A stretch of 64,000 nucleotides of DNA, taken from the NCBI GenBank assembly GCA_051013385.1, contig CP143273.1:1184001-1248000 (forward strand). The letters run 5' to 3'. The DNA is from Phormidium sp. GTDB taxonomy: Bacteria; Cyanobacteriota; Cyanobacteriia; Cyanobacteriales; Aerosakkonemataceae. How positions within the stretch are numbered: the stretch's first letter is position 1; every line of letters begins with the position of its first letter. The position numbers and the translations under genes are program-made. Below are positions 11,101 through 19,940 of the stretch, one piece after another. Under the pieces are notes generated by a model that ran no database searches, was not told the DNA's origin, and saw only the letters and a program-made list of their open reading frames with translations.

Positions 11101-11451
11101 AGGCGGATGAAGCGATCGCCTTTACGAGATGTAGCTGGAATGTTGCAATCTTTCAATTATGCCGCAACTCAAGCACTTCGCTGTGAAGTAGAAAACGGTA
11201 CAATTAATTCCGAAGATCTTCCCTTAATGCAACAATGGGCTGACTTTTGGTATTACTGGGTAAGTGCAACTTTCTTGAATAGTTATTTGAAAATTGCTAG
11301 TCAGGATTCTTTCTTACCAAAAAGTAAAGCCGAATTGCAAGTACTTTTAGATGCTTATTTGTTGGAAAAATTGATCTACGACTTAAGTTCTGAACTGAAA
11401 AATCGACCAAATTGGGTAGGAATTCCTTTACAAAGATTGCTGCAATTTTAG
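8110..11451 (+). CDS. treS: Trehalose synthase fused to maltokinase-like domain
   Basis: GH13 motifs DGLRMDAVPY, AEANQW, FLRNHDELTLE; C-terminal HGDYHLGQ and IDFEGEP kinase motifs. Confidence 0.95.
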   Translation: MQNSMLNNDPLWFKNAIIYEVPVRAFADSNGDGIGDFRGLTEKLDYLQDLGVTALWILPFFPSPLRDDGYDIADYTNVNPIYGNLADFQEFLAAAHQRGIRVIIELIINHTSEQHPWFQRARRAPKGSKERDFYVWSDTPEKYKEARIIFQDFETSNWAWDSVAQAYYWHRFYSHQPDLNYDNPEVQQAVFEVLDFWLAMGVDGLRMDAVPYLYEREGTNCENLPETHEFLKQLRRHVDEKFPNRMLLAEANQWPEDAAQYYGYGDECHMNFHFPLMPRLFMSLRMEDSFPISDILQQTPTIPPNCQWALFLRNHDELTLEMVSDEDRDYMYRVYAQDPEMRVNLGIRRRLAPLLGNDRRQIELLNSLLLSLPGTPVLYYGDEIGMGDNVFVGDRNGVRTPMQWNADRNAGFSRASAHKLYLPVNVDSEYHYATVNVEAQRANPNSLWYAMKRLISTRKHLQALGKGSFELLHPENRKVLAFTRTYQDEHILIVANLSRFVQTVELDLSPFQGMVPVEIFGRTQFPQIGDSPYFISIAPYAFYWFSLKLQPSLIPLPKRQTNLTTLAVSGKWQNIFSQRDLKNTLELILSDYLYSCRWFNGKDRTIQSTEITEAIPVIYKNLSAQIVWLKVDFIQGEPETYLLPLAYREGEEAKEIESEMPQNIVANLQEEGKEEAGILFDAIADSNFLNTMLDAIANNRSYKGKAGELIASTTDIFPSEIPALNPVLMKGEHKNTCAIYSDPAKSGSTLQNRLMLKIYHQIEEGINPDLEIRRFLSEQKTLQHFARIAGALEYRNGKGIQTVGLLQDFIPDVRNTWDYTLDSLRDYFERITVQQSEASLLTVPSGSPLDLQPEYLPELAQQTIGSYLASASLIGEVTAELHIALATNAEDPNFAPEPFSSFYQRSIYQYARNLTGQVLLDLKKQLKTLPPETQKLAQAVLNRQEEFFGRYQLVLNQKITAKRTRYHGDYHLGQLLYTGKDFVIIDFEGEPGRSLSERRMKRSPLRDVAGMLQSFNYAATQALRCEVENGTINSEDLPLMQQWADFWYYWVSATFLNSYLKIASQDSFLPKSKAELQVLLDAYLLEKLIYDLSSELKNRPNWVGIPLQRLLQF

Positions 11452-11467
11452 TGATGAGTTTAAAGCT

Positions 11468-11532
11468 GGTTTGTTGTATCGACTTTAGTCGTTTTATTTA
11501 GGAATGTACGACTAAAGTCGCTACAACGAACC
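11468..11532. repeat. Intergenic REP-like inverted repeat
   Basis: GGTTTGTTGTATCGACTTTAGTCGT...ACGACTAAAGTCGCTACAACGAACC. Confidence 0.7.
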
Positions 11533-11552
11533 TAATTCACTATTAAGTAACC

Positions 11553-13535
11553 ATGATTCAACTAACACTCAACCACAATCAACTGGAAACTACCTCCGAT
11601 CATGTCAGTTTAATTACTGACCATGATATTTATTTATTCAATGAAGGAACCCAGTATCATTTGTACGAAAAACTGGGTTCTCATCCATTAGTTGTTAATG
11701 GTGTAGAAGGCACTTATTTTGCTGTTTGGGCACCTAACGCCGGACAGGTATTTGTTAAAGGTGATTTTAATGATTGGAGTGACCAAGGTTTTGCCCTTAC
11801 CTTAAGAGGACAATCAGGAATTTGGGAAGGTTTTATTCCCGGAATGACTAAAGGTAGCCTCTACAAATATCGGGTTATTCACCGTTACAATGGCTATGCA
11901 GTAGATAAAGCCGATCCCTTTAATTCCCATCAAGAAATTCCGCCAAGAACAGCATCAATTGTTTGGGATACTGAGTATCCTTGGCACGATCGCGAATGGA
12001 TGGAAAACCGTGCCAAAGCTAATTCTTTTGATGCGCCAATTTCCATTTACGAAGTACATCTAGGTTCGTGGATGCGGATACCGGAAGAGGGAAATCGCTT
12101 TTTAAATTACCGGGAAATTGCTGCTAAATTGGCGGAATATGTGAAGCGTTTAGGCTTTACTCATGTGGAATTAATGCCAATAACAGAACATCCTTTTTAT
12201 GCTTCTTGGGGTTATCAAACTACTGGATATTTTGCCCCGACTAGTCGCTACGGAACGCCCCAAGATTTCATGTATTTGATCGATCATTTGCATCAAGAAG
12301 GTATTGGCGTAATATTAGATTGGGTGCCTTCTCATTTCCCTACAGATCAACATGGATTGGGTTATTTTGATGGTACTCATCTTTACGAACACGCCGATCC
12401 TAGACAAGGTTTTCACCCTGATTGGCAGAGTAGCATTTTTAATTATGGGCGGCGTGAAATCAGCAGTTTTTTAATTAGTAGTGCCTTCTTTTGGTTGGAT
12501 AAATGTCATATTGATGGACTGCGTGTAGATGCAGTTGCATCGATGCTTTATTTGGATTATTCCCGCAAAGATGGAGAATGGGTTGCTAATAAATACGGTG
12601 GGAGAGATAATCTCGAAGCGATCGACTTTTTAAAACAATTCAATCAAGCAGTTTATCAACACTTCCCCGATGTCCAAACTATTGCCGAAGAATCAACCGC
12701 TTGGGCAAAAGTTTCGCGTCCAATTTATGATGGTGGTTTAGGTTTTGGTTTAAAGTGGGACATGGGTTGGATGCACGATACTTTAAAGTATATGTCCCTC
12801 GATCCCATTGCCCGAAAACATCATCATAACCTGCTAACTTTCCGCATGATTTATGCTTTTAATGAGAACTTTGTTTTACCACTTTCTCATGATGAAGTTG
12901 TACATGGTAAAGGTTCTTTAATTGGCAAAATGCCGGGAGATTATTGGCAGAAATTTGCTAATTTGCGCGTGTTATTTGGCTATATGTACGCCCAAGCTGC
13001 CAAAAAACTTTTGTTCATGGGTGCAGAGTTTGGACAGTGGCAAGAATGGAGTCACGATCGAAGTTTAGATTGGCATCTTTTAGATTACCCAATGCACGCA
13101 GGTTTGCAAAGGTGGGTAACAGATTTAAATCACATTTATCGCCAAGAAAAAGCTTTGCATGAATTAGATTTTAGTTGGTCAGGTTTTGAGTGGATTGATT
13201 GCGATGATTGGCAACAAAGCGTAATCAGTTTAATCCGTAAATCCAAATCAACCGATGAAAGTATTTTAGTAGTAGCAAACTTTACTCCTGTACCTCGCTA
13301 CAATTACCGTTTAGGTGTGCCGAATAATGGTTTTTGGCAAGAGTTACTTAACAGCGATTCGGGAGATTATGGTGGTAGTGGTGTGGGTAATTTTGGCGGT
13401 GTTACAGCTGAGGAAATTCCTTGTCACGATCGCGCTTTCTCACTAAACCTCCACTTACCACCTTTGGGAATCCTGTTTTTTAAATTAAAAACCGATCTGC
13501 CAGATAATTCTGTAACAGAAAATGCTTTTGTTTAA
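11553..13535 (+). CDS. glgB: 1,4-alpha-glucan branching enzyme
   Basis: [43 protein letters not shown]. Confidence 0.96.
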   Translation: MIQLTLNHNQLETTSDHVSLITDHDIYLFNEGTQYHLYEKLGSHPLVVNGVEGTYFAVWAPNAGQVFVKGDFNDWSDQGFALTLRGQSGIWEGFIPGMTKGSLYKYRVIHRYNGYAVDKADPFNSHQEIPPRTASIVWDTEYPWHDREWMENRAKANSFDAPISIYEVHLGSWMRIPEEGNRFLNYREIAAKLAEYVKRLGFTHVELMPITEHPFYASWGYQTTGYFAPTSRYGTPQDFMYLIDHLHQEGIGVILDWVPSHFPTDQHGLGYFDGTHLYEHADPRQGFHPDWQSSIFNYGRREISSFLISSAFFWLDKCHIDGLRVDAVASMLYLDYSRKDGEWVANKYGGRDNLEAIDFLKQFNQAVYQHFPDVQTIAEESTAWAKVSRPIYDGGLGFGLKWDMGWMHDTLKYMSLDPIARKHHHNLLTFRMIYAFNENFVLPLSHDEVVHGKGSLIGKMPGDYWQKFANLRVLFGYMYAQAAKKLLFMGAEFGQWQEWSHDRSLDWHLLDYPMHAGLQRWVTDLNHIYRQEKALHELDFSWSGFEWIDCDDWQQSVISLIRKSKSTDESILVVANFTPVPRYNYRLGVPNNGFWQELLNSDSGDYGGSGVGNFGGVTAEEIPCHDRAFSLNLHLPPLGILFFKLKTDLPDNSVTENAFV

Positions 13536-13987
13536 AACAAAGTAGAACTTTCCCCAAGGTCAAATTAGCGAATTGTATCAGTAATCACAAACCTATTTCC
13601 CTAAAGAACCTATCTTTAGGGAGATTTTTTTTGACATAAAAAAAGATTACCTTCACTATTGTCTATCCCATGATTTAACCAACTCAATATAGCTTACCTG
13701 GAAAGCATGATTCTGACTTTTCCAGGTAACTATTCCTAAATTAAACAAAGTGACTTTACAAAAATTTACCTCTTGTGACAGATGGTAGGAACAAATAGAT
13801 TTCTTTACATTGTGTAAGCAATAGAGAAAATTAATCAGCAAATCATTTATCAAAAGTCATGGACTCAACAGCAAAGTCAGCAAATTGTAAGTAAAACTGT
13901 GTTTTTCAATTAGCTACAAAAAGCTACAAAAGTATTTTCTCAAAAAAAGTTCAGAAAAAACCATTAACATTGATTTAGGATAAATCT

Positions 13988-16129
13988 ATGTATGTAGCAG
14001 TTTGGCCTGGAAATGTTTATCCTTTAGGTTCATATTGGGATGGCAAAGGAACAAACTTTGCGTTGTTTAGTGAAAATGCTACAGCGGTTGAGCTTTGTTT
14101 GTTCGATCGCAATGACAAAGAAACACGCATTGAACTAACAGAACTTAACAACTTTGTTTGGCATGGTTATTTACCTGGAATAGGCCCTGGACAACGTTAC
14201 GGATTTCGCGTACATGGCCCTTGGGAACCAAAAGAAGGTCATCGTTTTAACCACAATAAACTGCTAATCGATCCTTATGCCAAAGCAATTGATGGCTTAC
14301 TCCGGGGTAATGGTGCGGAAATATTTGGTTATTCTTGGGAAACGGAAGAAGCACAGAAAGATTTAGTTTTTTCTGAGTTAGATGATGCTCATTTAGTGCC
14401 AAAATCTGTAGTAGTCGATCAATCTTTTGATTGGGAAGGAGATCAATTACTAAGAACTCCTTGGCACGAAACTGTTATCTATGAAACTCACGTTAAAGGC
14501 TTTACCAAATTACATCCAGATATTCCCGAAGAACTGCGCGGAACTTATGCCGGAATTGCCCATCCAGCCGCCATTCAACATTTGCAACAGCTGGGAATTA
14601 CAGCCCTGGAATTAATGCCAGTGCATCACTTTATAGCCCTACCGGGATATCTCACAGATAAAGGGTTAACTAACTATTGGGGCTACGATTCAATTAATTA
14701 CTTTGCTCCCTTCTCTGGCTACAGTGCTAGTGGTACTTTGGGGCAGCAAGTAACCGAATTTAAGCAAATGGTGAAAGCGCTACATCGGGCGGGAATTGAA
14801 GTTATTTTGGATGTGGTTTATAATCATACTGGAGAGGGAAATCATTTAGGCCCAAGCTTGTCTTTGCGAGGCATTGATAATACAGTTTACTATCGTTTGA
14901 TAGACGATGATAAGCGTTTGTACATGGACTTTACAGGCTGTGGAAATTCTCTTTATGTGGGTCATCCACAAGTCTTAAAGTTAATCATGGATAGCCTACG
15001 TTATTGGGTGACAGAAATGCACGTTGATGGCTTCCGATTTGACTTAGCAGCGGCTTTGGCAAGGGAGTTATTTGAAGTTAATAGTTTATCAGCTTTCTTC
15101 GATATTATTCACCAAGATCCGGTGTTAGCAGATGTGAAATTAATTGCTGAACCTTGGGATTTAGGAGAAGGTGGTTATCAAGTAGGTCAATTCCCTGTTC
15201 TTTGGTCAGAATGGAATGGCAGATATCGGGATACTGTGCGAGATTTTTGGCGAGGCGCGGATGAGACTTTAGGCGAATTTGCTTACTGTTTTACTGGCAG
15301 TCCTGATTTATATTCAGTGAATGGGCGACGACCAAATGCTAGTATTAATTTTGTCACGGCTCATGATGGTTTTACCCTGAATGATTTAGTTAGTTATGAG
15401 GAGAAACATAACGAAGCAAACGGGGAAAATAATTGTGATGGTGATGAACACAATCGTTCTTGGAATTGTGGTGTTGAAGGGGAAACAGATGACCCAAATA
15501 TTTTGGATTTGCGGGAACGACTAAGGCGAAATTTCCTCACAACTTTGATGCTGTCTCAAGGTATCCCAATGCTGTTAGGTGGGGATGAAATGGGGCGGAC
15601 GCAAAAGGGTAATAATAATACTTATTGCCAAGATAATGAGCTTTCTTGGTTTGATTGGAATTTAAATCAAGATAATGAAGATTTGGTCAATTTTACCCGT
15701 GAATTAATTTATTTCCGTCGTCAACATCCCGTATTTCGGCGGCGCAAATGGTTCCAAGGTCGTCCTATTCACGGCAAGGGAGTTAGTGATATTGCTTGGT
15801 TCAATCCTGATGGCACCGAAATGACAGATGAACAGTGGAATATTGGTTACGCTAAGGCGATCGCAGTTTTCTTAGATGGCAATCAACTTGCTAGCCCTGG
15901 ATCTAAAGGTGAGCACATTAGTGATGATAGTTTCCTGATGTTTTTTAATGCCCACTCTGAAACAATTGAGTTTAATTTACCTACTGTTTTTGACCTAGAT
16001 AAGCGTGATTGGTCGTTGGTAATTGATACTAAGGAACCACGCTTTATTCGGGAAGAAAAAATTTACACTGGCAACCAAACTGTACCTGTGGTTGGGCGAT
16101 CGCTAGTATTGCTACGTCGCCTGGAATAA
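13988..16129 (+). CDS. glgX: Glycogen debranching enzyme (isoamylase)
   Basis: NYWGY, DVVYNHT, DGFRFDLA, IAEPWD, FVTAHDGFTLND. Confidence 0.96.
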   Translation: MYVAVWPGNVYPLGSYWDGKGTNFALFSENATAVELCLFDRNDKETRIELTELNNFVWHGYLPGIGPGQRYGFRVHGPWEPKEGHRFNHNKLLIDPYAKAIDGLLRGNGAEIFGYSWETEEAQKDLVFSELDDAHLVPKSVVVDQSFDWEGDQLLRTPWHETVIYETHVKGFTKLHPDIPEELRGTYAGIAHPAAIQHLQQLGITALELMPVHHFIALPGYLTDKGLTNYWGYDSINYFAPFSGYSASGTLGQQVTEFKQMVKALHRAGIEVILDVVYNHTGEGNHLGPSLSLRGIDNTVYYRLIDDDKRLYMDFTGCGNSLYVGHPQVLKLIMDSLRYWVTEMHVDGFRFDLAAALARELFEVNSLSAFFDIIHQDPVLADVKLIAEPWDLGEGGYQVGQFPVLWSEWNGRYRDTVRDFWRGADETLGEFAYCFTGSPDLYSVNGRRPNASINFVTAHDGFTLNDLVSYEEKHNEANGENNCDGDEHNRSWNCGVEGETDDPNILDLRERLRRNFLTTLMLSQGIPMLLGGDEMGRTQKGNNNTYCQDNELSWFDWNLNQDNEDLVNFTRELIYFRRQHPVFRRRKWFQGRPIHGKGVSDIAWFNPDGTEMTDEQWNIGYAKAIAVFLDGNQLASPGSKGEHISDDSFLMFFNAHSETIEFNLPTVFDLDKRDWSLVIDTKEPRFIREEKIYTGNQTVPVVGRSLVLLRRLE

Positions 16130-16286
16130 GAGGCAGGGGAGCAGGGGAGATCCAGGAGATAACTTAAAACTCAGAACATTTGTCCGGTTATTTAGACATA
16201 TTATCCTAACAGAAAACCTTGTAGAGACGTTATATATAACCTCTCTACAAACTGATGTTATTGAAAATCAGCCGGAAGTAAAAAAT

Positions 16287-16913
16287 ATGTTTCATATTGA
16301 TTGGTACGCCGTTACAATAATTGGGGTAATTTTGATTATTGGTGCTGTTATTGGCGCTTTGCTTCAGTCTGCTATTGCTGCTTCTCGCACTATCAAACCA
16401 ATAATTAATACTAGGATTGATGTATTAGCTAAATTTGACCCGTTGTTTGAGTCACATTTACTTGATACTTATAAAATTGTTGTGACTGATGGAGCAAAGG
16501 AATATAAATACAATTCGTTAGCCCAAGTCGAAATTTACTTAAATAATAAAAGTCTACAGGATTTTCCTGAGTTTAAAGTCGGAGTGAAACTAGCTAATGA
16601 TGATGTTGCTATTTATGCAGAATCACACACAGACGATCGCCATCATCATCTAAAATTACTAACTCCTGTCACCCTCAACGAACCTCAATCAGAAATGGAT
16701 TTTTTGCTGCAACCTTTTAATAGAGGAGATAGTTATTCACTGCGGTTATTAATCAAACTTTCGGAAGATAGTCAAGTTCCGGGAGAAATTTCTATTACCT
16801 CTCCAGAAGCAGTTTCTTTTATTAATTTACCGACAATTGCCGAAATAGTGGAACAAGCAGCTAGTCGAGCTTCGATCGGACTTGGCCCTTTTCAAATTTC
16901 ATTAGGTCAATAA
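16287..16913 (+). CDS. Hypothetical protein with N-terminal transmembrane helix
   Basis: 208 aa ORF with hydrophobic N-terminus; no family recognised. Confidence 0.7.
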   Translation: MFHIDWYAVTIIGVILIIGAVIGALLQSAIAASRTIKPIINTRIDVLAKFDPLFESHLLDTYKIVVTDGAKEYKYNSLAQVEIYLNNKSLQDFPEFKVGVKLANDDVAIYAESHTDDRHHHLKLLTPVTLNEPQSEMDFLLQPFNRGDSYSLRLLIKLSEDSQVPGEISITSPEAVSFINLPTIAEIVEQAASRASIGLGPFQISLGQ

Positions 16914-16956
16914 TGAGAAGTCCCCACTATTTAACTAAGTGAGGACTCGAAAACTG

Positions 16957-17286
16957 TTACCACCAAACACGATTTCCGTTTTCGTCAACTCTCGCTTGTC
17001 TGATTACATCCGAGATTTCTTCTGCATCTTTTACGTGGTGGAGTGCTTCTTGATGACCATCTTCATAATCTACAACAAAGTAAGTCGGAACTGTGATGTG
17101 ATCTCCGGTAATATCAGGTGAATCAACAGCAACTTGTTTCGCCTTTTCTTCAATTGATTGAGGTTCGTCAGAGATGCGATCGCCCGGATTAGCTGTTAAA
17201 TTCTTTTCTTTTGCTGTCGGTTCTTCTTTAGAATGCCAGTCTACACTTACAGGTTGTTCTATTTGCTTCTCTTGTTGGTTATCCAT
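16957..17286 (-). CDS. Acidic hydrophilic hypothetical protein
   Basis: 109 aa ORF with protein-like composition. Confidence 0.7.
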   Translation of the reverse strand: MDNQQEKQIEQPVSVDWHSKEEPTAKEKNLTANPGDRISDEPQSIEEKAKQVAVDSPDITGDHITVPTYFVVDYEDGHQEALHHVKDAEEISDVIRQARVDENGNRVWW

Positions 17287-17546
17287 GATGTTTTTCCCGT
17301 TAAAAAATTTTTTCTTTACTAAACTCAGTCTAGAAAACTGAAATTGTCATATACTCTTTCAAAGGAAGTAGTTTCGGTAGCTACAAGTGGTATTTAGGCG
17401 GGAGCAAAAATCTGCCTATTGTCTGGACGGGTTGTTTATTTGATTGTTTTATTGAGATCTTTCTTAAGTGAGAGAGCAAAAAAAATACGTTATTTCTTTA
17501 GTTAGTAGTTTTACTTTGATAATTGGGGGCGCTCACTCAATCCCCA

Positions 17547-17762
17547 TTAATTCAACACAGCATCAATCTCTGATTCATTTAGCAAAATTGTTGTTTCATA
17601 ACCAATTCTGCCAAAATCTGGTTCTGGCCCCAACTCCATTTGTACAGCATATTGCCAGCTATTAACTTCAGGATGATAATTAATGATTCTTCCCATACCA
17701 CCAATGAAAGATACCGTTTGATTTTTGGTATAGCGGGGTAAAGTTGATAGTTGAAACCTCAT
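17547..17762 (-). CDS. Small hypothetical protein
   Basis: 71 aa ORF with RBS-like AGGT upstream; WQYAVQMELGPEPDFGRIGYETT core. Confidence 0.65.
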   Translation of the reverse strand: MRFQLSTLPRYTKNQTVSFIGGMGRIINYHPEVNSWQYAVQMELGPEPDFGRIGYETTILLNESEIDAVLN

Positions 17763-17954
17763 AAACTTGCACCTTTACTAATAAAGTTTGTTCTTATTCA
17801 ACAAAATAACTAACATAAAATTACTCGGCTTCTAACTCTAGTTAGGGCATGGTTTCTATCACAAGTATTGACTTTATGTAAAATATTTTTGTAACGATAA
17901 ATACTTGCCAACAAAAAACCCCAGTTGCTTTACTGGGGTGATAATTAAGCTTAG

Positions 17955-18021
17955 GTACGTTGTTGCGCTTCAGCGCTCTTATTACCTTTGGGATAAGAGC
18001 GAAGACAGCGCAACAACGTAC
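17955..18021. repeat. REP-like inverted repeat (same family as 31196-31244)
   Basis: GTACGTTGTTGCGCT...AGCGCAACAACGTAC present at both loci. Confidence 0.8.
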
Positions 18022-18024
18022 TTA

Positions 18025-18252
18025 TTAACTAGGTAAATTGTTGCTGGCATAAGCATCCATGCTGTAAGCGGGAACACGCTCGTTGTAATCAATTTTGGTT
18101 CCAGTGACGGATTCCGCTAACTTTTCAAAAGACTCAGAACGCCAGTTGCGATCGTGAATTGGCTTAGACTGTTCGCCACGAAAATAAGCTTGAGTACCAA
18201 TTACAGACGCAGCTAACCAACCAACGATAAATAAAGCAATCAGGATAGTCAT
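18025..18252 (-). CDS. Small single-TM protein, probably Psb35-related
   Basis: TM LFIVGWLAASVIGTQAYF followed by KPIHDRNW; family assignment from recollection only. Confidence 0.6.
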   Translation of the reverse strand: MTILIALFIVGWLAASVIGTQAYFRGEQSKPIHDRNWRSESFEKLAESVTGTKIDYNERVPAYSMDAYASNNLPS

Positions 18253-18280
18253 GATTTATAGTCCCTCTCGTTTGTTTCCT

Positions 18281-18318
18281 TATGTAAACTAATATAACAG
18301 ATTATTACAAAATGTAAA
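18281..18318 (-). promoter_or_regulatory. HLR1-like (RpaB) direct repeats
   Basis: Minus strand TTTACATT-TT-GTAATAAT-CT-GTTATATT-AG-TTTACATA compared with consensus (G/T)TTACA(T/A)(T/A)-N2 repeat. Confidence 0.55.
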
Positions 18319-18472
18319 GCAATTCTTGACTAAAAAAGGTTGATTAGGTATATAAGCGCATTAAATATCTATCTGTAGGGTGCGTTAGTAACGCACCCTA
18401 CCCGCTGCTGGGGGTATAGACGGTAGTCTTGAATCAGCTAAACTGGCTTAGTAGGTAACTGACGGGCTTTCC

Positions 18473-18949
18473 ATGCAGATTCGCAGGGCGAAACAATCGG
18501 ATATTCCAGCGATTTTGCCGATGGTGGGCAAAATTTGCGCTCTGCATGAAACTTGGGATGCGGCGAAGTACGGGTTTTTACCTAACCCGGCTCAACGTTA
18601 TGATGGGTGGTTGAGTAAACTGGTAAAGAGCGATCGCACAGTCTTTTTAGTAGCAGAAGACGAAACCAAAGCGCTATTAGCCGGATTTTTAGTAGCAACA
18701 ATTGAGCGTGAAATACCCATTTATCGACTCAAAGAATTTGCCTTTATTCATGACCTTTGGGTAGAACCAGAATATCGCCGCACTGGTGTAGCCCGACAAT
18801 TAGTAATGGAAACAATTGAGCAGTTTCAAAAGATGGGAGTAGCACAAATTCGCCTAGATACTGCTGCTAATAATGAAGCTGCGAGAAAGCTATTCTCAGA
18901 ATGTGGTTTTCGTCCTAGTGTTGTGGAAATGTTGATAGAGTTAGAGTGA
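18473..18949 (+). CDS. GNAT family N-acetyltransferase
   Basis: LWVEPEYRRTGVARQL and NEAARKLFSECGF motifs. Confidence 0.92.
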   Translation: MQIRRAKQSDIPAILPMVGKICALHETWDAAKYGFLPNPAQRYDGWLSKLVKSDRTVFLVAEDETKALLAGFLVATIEREIPIYRLKEFAFIHDLWVEPEYRRTGVARQLVMETIEQFQKMGVAQIRLDTAANNEAARKLFSECGFRPSVVEMLIELE

Positions 18950-18993
18950 AAAAGGCGATCGCCAATTTTAGGTTTATTTTCAGGCTCAATAAT

Positions 18994-19416
18994 ATGAAAA
19001 AGAAATTCCTAATTACTAAAACCATTGCCCTTCTTACCTTTTGCCTTTTGCCTTCAACCACAGGATTAGCGGGAACTTGTGCAGGTCGAAGTTGTCCACC
19101 ACCGCCCCTTGGTTTTACACCCGGACGATCGATTAATTTTGAAGTAGTTAATCGCACAGGTGTAATTGTTGAGTTACAAAATGTACCAAGAACTAGCGTT
19201 ATTTTTTTACGTCCGGGAGAACAAGTTAACTTTCCCAGACAAGCAGCAACAGAACCAAATCTTTCTTCATTGTATTGGGATGCTGCACCTTATTTATTAA
19301 GAGCAAGACTTTCTAAACCTAGTGCGAATACGCTACGAGTGGAGATATTACCAGGGGGACTTCCAGGCGATCGCGCCCTCTACATCCGCGATGATGGTCG
19401 AGCGATCGTTTTTTAG
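18994..19416 (+). CDS. Secreted hypothetical protein (paralogue of next gene)
   Basis: Signal peptide MKKKFLITK...GLAG; shares LYW..KP..DRA(L/I)Y..VF with next ORF. Confidence 0.75.
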   Translation: MKKKFLITKTIALLTFCLLPSTTGLAGTCAGRSCPPPPLGFTPGRSINFEVVNRTGVIVELQNVPRTSVIFLRPGEQVNFPRQAATEPNLSSLYWDAAPYLLRARLSKPSANTLRVEILPGGLPGDRALYIRDDGRAIVF

Positions 19417-19511
19417 CAAAAGTTTGCATTTGTCCCAGTGATAATGAGATAATGTTGGCGCTTGAAAAATCACCTTTTGCCAAAAACAAAAGCACCTAAG
19501 CAGGTGAAATT

Positions 19512-19940
19512 ATGTATAAGAACTTACTGAGAATCTTAGGGGCAACTTGCTTAATTGTAGCCGGGATTATCATCACCACCGAAACTATAGCAGGGCCAAA
19601 ATTTGTCAAGACTGGGAAAACGCTAAAACAAGATGATTTTATTACCTTACAGGTAAGGAATCAAACTGCAAATCCGATTAGTGTAGAAATCCCATCTTAT
19701 ACTGACCAAATCACTATGAAACCGAAAGAAAGGCGGAAAATCCGCTTCAAACTGCGGAACCAAGATCACGGTCTTTCGGTTTTATATTGGAGTCCCACAG
19801 GAGAGCAAGCATTATTAGGAAAGGTGAATAAACCGAATTCCCAAACAGTGCTTTTAGACTTACAAGCTGGTAGTTTTGCTCAAGAAGACGATCGAGCAAT
19901 TTACGACACAGAAATTCCTGGTCAAGTAATGGTTTTTTAA
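19512..19940 (+). CDS. Secreted hypothetical protein
   Basis: Signal peptide; similarity to preceding ORF. Confidence 0.75.
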   Translation: MYKNLLRILGATCLIVAGIIITTETIAGPKFVKTGKTLKQDDFITLQVRNQTANPISVEIPSYTDQITMKPKERRKIRFKLRNQDHGLSVLYWSPTGEQALLGKVNKPNSQTVLLDLQAGSFAQEDDRAIYDTEIPGQVMVF

